Shown: piece by piece, positions 56,501 through 64,000 of the stretch | Position numbering within the stretch: position 1 is the stretch's first letter | How the letters are laid out: each line of letters opens with the position of its first letter | NCBI GenBank assembly: GCA_048013815.1 | Contig: CM106586.1 | Location: 6,634,001-6,698,000, forward strand | Origin: Setoptus koraiensis | Lineage: Eukaryota > Animalia > Arthropoda | Length of the DNA stretch: 64,000 bases | Direction of reading: 5' to 3' | Program-made: the position numbers and the translations under genes | The notes under the pieces: model-generated | Database searches by the model: none | Seen by the model: only the letters and a program-made list of their open reading frames with translations | Told to the model about the DNA's origin: nothing

Positions 56501-59500
56501 CCAATTTCTGACCGCCGAACATCCGCTCTCAAAGTATCGGATCGGATCTGACCTCTGGAAAATTGAGCCGCTGGCGACCGTTCTGGCGCCACCAGCGGCT
56601 CAATTTTCCGAAAAAATTTTCAGAAAAAAAAAAGTTTCACGAAAAATCTCGTCGGGCCACTTACCGGTTTTGGGCGACTTGACCGTCACCATGGTGACAC
56701 TTTCGCGCGCTTCCTGTTCGGCCGTTTGTTTGTGCAATTTCTTGTACATGGCCTTGTACCAATCCTCGCGAAACTCTTCCTTGACGTTCATTCGCAACGA
56801 AGTGGGCAAACCACAACTGTTTATGCTATCGTGGATATTCTGCTGCTGACCAGATCCTCTTGTGGGCGTTGATTGGGCGACCGGCACACTCCTAGACGAC
56901 TGATCGACAGCGGTTGCAGCAACTTCCGGTTGCTGGTGATCTTTTTGGTGCTCGTGTTGTTGTTGTTGCTGCTGCTGCTGTTTGTCGCCGCTGGGGCCCG
57001 TTTGAGATTCCGAGGTGGACACTGACGAATTGAGGTTTATATCGTCAATTTTTCTGGCTTTGTTAACCACACTGTAGGTGGCGTTTACATTTGAAGTTGG
57101 CTGATGAGTGCTCGTCGAGCTGTCCTGCTGTCTCGTGTGCCTCATCGATTCGGATCCGTCCGATTGGGGCGCCGATTCGGATTTGGTCGCTTGTTGATTG
57201 TCGCCTTGGTTGTTGTCTGTGTTGCCATTATCAATTACATTGATGTTGTTAGTCGATGAAATGTTTGCCTGAGATTCGGTCTGGTCAGCCAGACAAGTGG
57301 CCACTGCTGGCGTTTCCGCCAGTTTCTGTGACACATCGTACTGATTCTCTTGGCCTGTTTGGGCGCATTCCTCGAAACCCTTCGGGGGCGACGGAGCCGC
57401 TTGCTGGCGACTCTTGAGCTGACCACTGACGGGCGATTGCTGGCAGCCTTTCGCCTCGGCGTCGATGTCGCCATTGTTCAGTGGCCCAATCACAGTTGTC
57501 TGCTGTTGTTCGTTGTCGTTGTTGTTTGAATCTTCTTCCGGTTTCTCTTGCTTGTTTTCGGCGTGGCGTCGCATTTTGTCCGCCGAAGAGCTGTCGTCTG
57601 CGCCGTACAGGAGGTCACTTTGCGGATGGTGGTGATGGTAAATGTCTATTATTTGTTGCGACGATTCCGACATGATCAAGGGTCTCGGACTGGCGCAATA
57701 ATTCAAAATTTCACCGTCGTCATCGCACTCAATCGGGGCCGGCGGAAGCGGGCCTCCGCCCGCCAACGACGACAGATTTTCGCTGGTCGAGCTGGTGTTG
57801 CTCGAGCTAGACGGACTCCATACTGCGAAACATACACACACCAAATACACAATATACAAACACCAAATACACAATATACAAAGGTACAGAAATACAATAT
57901 CGATCAGCTTCAATCTTGTGGATAAAACGGAAATAAAAACACGTGGCAAAACAAAACGATACTCACTGTTCTTGGGGGCGCTCGCCTTAAACTTGGGCCC
58001 CTGCACGGGCAACACGGGCGTGGGCGTGCCGTCCGCACTTCCGGGCTGGTCGCCGGTGACGCCTACGACCGAGGGCGACGACACGGCCATCATATGCGAA
58101 TGGTGATACCGGGTAGTTTGATAATTGTCCAAGTGTTGTTGGTGCTGCTGTTGTTGTTGCTGTTGTTTCTGGTGTTGTAATTGTTGCAATTGTTGCAAAT
58201 GTTGCAATTGCTGGAAATGATACGCTTTCTCTTGTTCTAGTCTGTTCTCGTCGGAAACTAACGCCAAAGATTTGTGAAAAATTGATTGCTGCTGGCCCGA
58301 CGGCTGTGGGCCAATGTTACGTAATTGCTGTTGCTGTAGGTGCTGTTGGTGCTCTGGGCGCGATCTTGACGACGTCAAATATGCGCACTGTTGTTGCTGT
58401 TGGTGCGCCAGTGAGGCCGGTATGCTGCCTATGGACAATGACTGGGTATGATGATGATTATTTGCGCAATGGTTGCTGTTGTTGCTGTAGGCCGCTCGTT
58501 GCCGGACGCTCGTCCAATTGGCCTGATTGAGCGCCACTTGTCGCCTTGGATCGCCGGAAGTGAAATTGTGTTGATCTGTCAATACTCTGGTGTTGTTATT
58601 ATCGTCGTCGTCGACGTCGTCGTCATCGTCGCCCTGTTTGGCGTTGTTGTTGTCGTCTCTGTCGTCGTTTCGGTCGTCGTGTCTGTTCTGGTTCTGTTCA
58701 TCAAGCTCATGAGCCAACGGTGCGCCGACGCTCGCTGCGGGCCCGTTAGAACGCGATCGCCGTGTGTTGCTCAGCTGACCGGAAATTGAAATAGGCGGAT
58801 AATTGGGGTGCTCGCGTTGCCAATTGGCCACTCCAATCAGCACTGAACCATCCAAATGGGTTGTGTGTCGCCGGGACAAGGGTTGATTGCAAGCTCCCTC
58901 TACTGGCCGTTGCTGGTGTTGCTGTAATTGTTTGTGGTGGCCAATTGTCGACGATGATATAATGGCACTACTGCGTACGTTTGGTGTTGTTGTTGCGTCA
59001 TAATCATAACTGTTGTCATCGGGATCGCTTCTCTGACTCAAGTTGTAGGGTCGATACAATTGGTGTGCCTGTTGCTGTTGCTGCTGCTGCAAAAGATCAT
59101 CCACGTCTGGGGCGCCACCTCTCATTAGAACACCAGTACTACCCACAGCACTAGTTCCGGCCGATCTCGGAGCGGACTGAGTGACCACCAGGGGTCCGGC
59201 TAGGCGCCTGAGCTCCTCTAGTGAGTAGTGTTGTTGTTGTTGTTGTTGGTGTTGGTGATTGTTGCCGGTGATTATTCGCGTTGCACCGCTGCCGGCTTTG
59301 CTGGCTTGTCGCAAATGATCGAGGGGTGACTTGCCGGTCGACTCGAGTTGTTGCTGTTGACGTCGAAGTTGTTGTTGTTGCTGCTGCTGCTGGATGAAGG
59401 TGTCGTCGGGAGACTCGGCCCGATTGTTGAGTGTGTCGGCGTAGCTTGCCTGGTAGGGCCGGTAGGGGTGCTGTTGTCGCTGCTGGTAGGCCTGCGTCGA

Positions 59501-62500
59501 CGACCTCCGCACGGGCACCTCGGGCGGTACGTCGCTTCTTTTTTGCGCGTAAGTCGCTCGCGGCTGACTGTTCGTTTGCAAATTATCCGCTTGTCTATCC
59601 GCTTGCCGGTCCGTTTGTCTGTCCGTTTGTCTGTTGTTGTCGGGCCGGGCCAGCGAGTGGGTGGCGCTCGGCGCGTACGCAAAAAAGTATCCGCCGGCCT
59701 TGGGTTGTTGCTGTTGTTGTTGCTGGTAGTACCTGTTGAGAGTGAGCGAGCCCGAGGATTTGTTTGGGCGCTGCTGGTGCTGCTGTTGTTGTTGTTGTTG
59801 GTGTTGTTGTTGGTGCTGGAATTGAGCGTTGCTGTTGTCGGCTTGGCTTGCGTGATAGCTTGGCGCGTCGGCGTTGAAAAGGTGCGCGGCGGGCGCCAAT
59901 ACGAGGCCCGTTTGTTCCGACGCAAACTGCTGACTGTTGGGCAAATTGGACGCGTTCGCCGACAGGTGAGCCGCGCTCGATTGGCTGGGCAGGGTGCGCG
60001 ACAAATAGGAGTCGTCGGGCTGTTGCTGTTGATGCTGTTGTTGGTGTTGTTGTTGTTGGTAGCCGCTGGCTTGATGTTGCTGCTGCTGCTGCAGCGGATA
60101 TTGTTGGTATTGGTGGCCGTCGAGTGTGGCAACGGCGGGCCGATTTTGGCTGCCGATTTGATATGAATTGTCTGCAAACTTTGCCTGTTGTTGTTGTTGT
60201 TGCTGCTCTTCGTCGCTCAATTGTTGCGCTGCTGGCACATTGTGTGTAATGTTGCGCAATCGGGTGTGGTCCGTTATTTGTTTATCGGGTTCGTTCAATT
60301 TGAATAGGAAATTTGAATTGGAAGGGATGATAAAACGATATTGAGTTAGAGAAAGTTGGCGATAATTGTCAAGTTGCTGCAATTGCAACGATGTTAGCGT
60401 GTTAAGTTTGTCGAGTTTGTCGAGCTCGTATGGCGAGCTGGGTGTCGCTGTTGTTCGGATTCTCTCTCGTCGGAGAGACTCTCAATTGGAGAGCGACTCT
60501 ATCAGAGTGGCGTTGAGTCGCGTTTGTTGTGACTTATGGTCTCGACGAGTGTGCCAGCACTTATCCGCTACGTATTGCAGCAGCCTGGCAAAGTGTGACT
60601 AAATGGCTGTTTGCATCAGCATAATGTTTGTTGTGATTATGGCAACTGGCAATTGGCAAATGCATATGAGTGCTGAGTTTATATCAAATTTGTATTTGTG
60701 TTTGTGTTTGTGTTTGTGATGATGATTGAGCTGAGCTCGCCCGACGCAATTGCGTAACATTGCTAAGCTCGCCGTTGTTGTGGTGAATGAATCACCACAA
60801 CAGCAACAACAACACACTGCATTAGACACTGCATTAGACACTGCATTAGACGCTGCATTAGACGCTGCGTTAGGCAGTGCGGATATTGGCCAGAAATTAG
60901 CGATATTGCGCAAATTAAGCCGCACAAGATAAAGCCCGGCAGTCGAGCCGGCAATAAAAGGCACGTTTGTGATTCATTTCTATTTCTGCGTTTAATTCAC
61001 AGTGGCTCGGCGAACGGCAACTTATATTACCGAGTCTGTTGGCACCGTTCAAATCAAATCAAATCAAATGGCCATCGTCATGTTGCACTGGCTCACGTCG
61101 CCAGTTCAATTCTCTCAATCGAGCAATTACAATCGAGTGATTAGAATAACAATTATTGCGCAACATTACGTTAACATTACATGCGATATGATTTGAAATA
61201 ATGAATGATGAGCGATAAATAATATCGCAGTAGCCGGCAACAATAGTCAGGTATCGCTAATTGGCGTAATTAAGCGACTTGAGTCCGGCGGACTCACGCC
61301 ATTGTTAGTCAACTCTAACTCTGTAACTCTCGGTAACTGTAACAGTTGGCTAATAATGGCAGCTCGACGGGCGACGCGCCGGCCGACCCAGGTCGCGCCT
61401 GTAATCAAATTAGTGCGCCAACTGTGCGTCGGAGTCTCTCACAATCAGAGTCTGATTTCGCTCTCATTGAGACCGTCCAATTCGGACGATGCGAGCGCTG
61501 TTGCGCAACAACAACACGCCGAGCGTCGCGCCATTCCGCTAGGGCGACACGAGCGCCGCTAGATTCGAGCGGCAGTCGCATGTCGCGCGGCTCGGCGGCG
61601 GGCCGGCGTGTTATCACAACAACGACGCTGGTGTCAACAAATATAACATCAGCGGCTGTTGCCAAATTTAGCGCCACTCACTATAATGAGCAGTCGCCCC
61701 CGATGATTGCGCAACATGCGCCCCCGCACACATTATTATTATTTATGGCAGCGATCGTATGCAAATATCGTGCGCACATTACGCATACATGCGAGTGCAT
61801 TTTACATGTGAGAGGTGAGGCACTGGAGCGATAATTTAATTAGCCAGCTAATAGAGCTATGAACTCGCTTCGGCCCCTCACTTCCGTGTCGCTCAACAGT
61901 GTTGAATCAACAGTGTTGAATCAGCGCCCTCACACCCGGCTCCGTGTGTCAGGCCGCTCGACGCTCGTTGTTACCGCGTTTGTCGTTTTGTTAATTTTGG
62001 CGTTTTGTGTTAGTTGTGTGTCATGTCATGCGATGCCACAAATCCGTTATGTTGCGCAATATGTGCTGTGTACTGATTGCGCAATCACCGGCAATAGCAT
62101 AATTAATAATTAATATCGAAAATGTCGCCCCTCAACCGATAATGAGCGTGTGCATGCAAATGGGCGCCAATTAACGGTTGCTACTATATGTTCACAATAA
62201 TATGCTTACAATTGGCGCTGTAACACTGCAAACTGTCCGCTGCTGCCCTGTGCCGCTGTGCGCCCGCCTCCTCGCTGTTGGTGCGGGCCGCGCAGGGTGC
62301 CGGGCCGGCCGCCAACAGTCTCGGGCTCACGAGCAGGCTAGCGCCGCTCAACAGGCTGGCCGGACTGGTGGCCGTATTCAAGCTGGTGCCGCTGTTCAGG
62401 CTGCTGGCGCTGTTCGGGCTCATGGGCGGACTCAGCGGGCTCAGCTGGCAGTTGAGCGCGGAGCCCGACGCGGAGCCCAGCGCGGCGCAATTGCCGGCCT

Positions 62501-63245
62501 GACCGTCGTCGTCGTCGTCGTCTTCATCCTCGTCGGTTTCATCTTCGGTGTCCTCGTTGTCGTTGTCGTCGCCGTTCTCCTCTATTATGGGCGGCAAGTG
62601 GCAGCACATGAGCGCGGGACCCGACGCAAAGGGCGGCGACTCGGGCAACTGGTCCACCTGCTGCACCTGATACAGCGGATTGTCGTGCTGCTGGTGCTCT
62701 GTGGCGCCCTCAATGAGCTCGGGCTGTCGGTGCTTTGTGGCGCCCTCAATGAGCTCGGGCCGTAGGAGCTGCGGGCCGTCGGGCTCGCAAAGCTTGAGCG
62801 GGTCGGGCGGCGCGCCTGCTGCCACCTCTGAGTGGCGGGCCGAAGTAACGAGCAGCGAGTTGTTGTTGGCGTCTTGTTCGGGCTCGCTCCGGTCCTCGGG
62901 CCGGTCCCGCTTTCCGCGATCGGGTTCGCCTTCGTCGCCGTCTTCGTTTTCGTCTTGTTCGTTTTGTTCATCGTCGTCGTCGTCGTCGTCGTCGTCGGTT
63001 TCCTCGATGGCCGCCTTGCCGTTGCGCAGCGTCCGGCGACGGCGTTCCGGCGCCCGCCCGGCGATCCCGTCCGCGAGCCCGTTGGTGAGCCCGTCCGCGG
63101 GCGACGGCGCCCGACTGGTGGAGCGGTCACTGTCCGACGAGGAGGCGCTGCTGCACTCGAGCTCGTCCAGCTCCGTCTCCACGTACTGCTGCTGCTTGGC
63201 GGGGGCCACTGGCGACTCGGCCTCGAGCTTGGTTTCTTCGCCCAT
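50592..63245 (-). CDS. CAP: CAP / Sorbs (vinexin-ponsin-ArgBP2 family) adaptor: SoHo domain plus three C-terminal SH3 domains, about 2800 aa, 10 exons
   Basis: Exons 63245-62210, 60231-57967, 57822-56665, 56276-56140, 55931-55788, 55567-55087, 54614-53472, 52937-52491, 52343-52057, 51896-50592 are phase-consistent (8403 nt). SoHo EDWYKAMYKKLH; WDYEPGNSSIS; GYESDS; SH3-1 ARILFDFRAQNSQELSVKKGD..GLVPRSFL; SH3-2 split across the last intron; SH3-3 KYAYLPQQKDEL..DDGWCIG..GTFPGNFV. The 5' exons are low-complexity and less certain. Confidence 0.85.
52387..52442. repeat. 9-bp tandem repeat (gattggcat)n in a CAP intron
   Basis: About 6 units; nearly the reverse complement of the 49859 array. Confidence 0.85.
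56046..56123. repeat. 26-bp tandem repeat, 3 copies, in a CAP intron
   Basis: gctagatatcgtcatgtctaaatatg and variants at 56046, 56072, 56098. Confidence 0.85.
56557..56609. repeat. Perfect 18-bp inverted repeat (53-nt hairpin) in a CAP intron
   Basis: ggaaaattgagccgctgg (56557-56574) and ccagcggctcaattttcc (56592-56609), 17-nt spacer. Confidence 0.9.
60814..60873. repeat. 12-bp tandem repeat acactgcattag, 5 copies
   Basis: Units at 60814, 60826, 60838, 60850, 60862; explains the DTALDTAL / MQRLMQ ORFs. Confidence 0.9.
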
Positions 63246-64000
63246 TGGTTAGTGGGGGCACATGAGCGGGTTGTGTGGGCAGTTATTTGTAAATCGAAGC
63301 TGCTTCACCTGTTGTCTTGATCGCTTGCGGTGACCGCTCGTTGCGGGCCGGACAGTCTCTATTGTGTTGTCGTTGTTGTTGTTGTTGTCCAATTGCTGTT
63401 GTTGTTGTCGTCCAATTGTTGTTGTCGCTGTTGCTGTTGTTGTCGCTGTTGTTGTGTGTGCATTCGCTGGTATGGCCGCACATCTCACACGCATATATCA
63501 CACTCGTCCGATCACATTCGAGCGATCGCATAAATGAACGAACGCGAACGCTCTCGAACGCAAAACCGAGAGCTAAAAAAGAATGCAACAACTCATTGTT
63601 TGTTGGCACGGCGCCAATGGCTTTCCGATTTTATCTCTGCCGTGTCATGCCGCTGGCGCTGTTGGCGCTGCTGATAGCGGCGCCCACGGCGCACAGCCCG
63701 GCGGTCTGACACACTCGCCTCGCCATAATTCTCTGCCCGACTTATGCCAGAGTTACGTAACTCGTATTAACTCGACGACGCATTATGCAAGTTGCATAAT
63801 GGCACATCATGTGCTCGTTAGGCTCATTTTGCGCACCACACAATGGCGCTATAGCCATTGTGCGATGACTGCCATTGGGACTGCGCGATTTGGATCACCT
63901 AGCGACCGCGCAGTCGCCAACGGCCGCTAATGCCGCAAGCTCGCTAGCTTGTTGCGCCCTGTGAAGTGCGCATTACGCAACGACGTTCACTGTGAGCCGC

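Noticed and set aside
56340-56640. Helitron 3' end (hairpin plus CTAG)
   Set aside because: The hairpin is about 190 nt from the nearest terminal-like CTAG rather than about 10-12 nt, and no 5' TC end or TSD/TIR was identified.
59272-63320. Long alternate-frame and antisense ORFs (59272-60177, 59348-60166, 62178-62765, 62680-63252)
   Set aside because: Shadows of CAG/CAA/GAC-rich CAP exons, giving poly-Leu/Val/Ser without domain structure.
1-64000. tRNA, rRNA, snRNA, conserved miRNAs and transposase/reverse-transcriptase ORFs
   Set aside because: None recognised by eye; tRNAscan-SE, Infernal/Rfam and RepeatMasker would be needed to exclude them formally.

Overview
Eukaryotic, intron-containing DNA from a compact arthropod genome, probably a chelicerate/mite. 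That assignment is an inference from the short GT-AG introns, tight gene packing, an ionotropic receptor and a shortened-Dscam-like cassette. Two compositional regimes alternate: GC-rich, microsatellite-rich stretches (about 1-8 kb, 22.6-28.7 kb, 47.8-64 kb) and AT-rich, gene-dense blocks (about 8.6-22 kb, 32.5-47.5 kb). I built splice-phase-consistent models by hand for: beta-glucuronidase, a kinase-less Mad3/BubR1, mitochondrial folate/FAD carrier SLC25A32, two small membrane ORFs, a secreted 2-Ig Dscam-like protein, a single-saposin protein, an ionotropic receptor, a 2-Ig type I receptor, POLDIP3, a WG-repeat/coiled-coil protein, DDX56, nanos, Derlin-2, a miniature PPP1R21, proline dehydrogenase and a ~2800-aa CAP/Sorbs adaptor. 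Most notable: (1) a hidden duplicated terminal exon of SLC25A32 that swaps transmembrane helix 6, including its substrate-contact Arg/His; (2) a nanos that is a head-to-tail fused duplicate with two zinc-finger domains; (3) a protein joining ten WG (Argonaute-hook-like) motifs to what looks like a Citron/Sticky coiled-coil fragment; (4) several strongly miniaturised conserved proteins. All homology calls come from recalled family motifs; no database search or computation was run. I recognised no rRNA, tRNA, CRISPR array or autonomous transposon.
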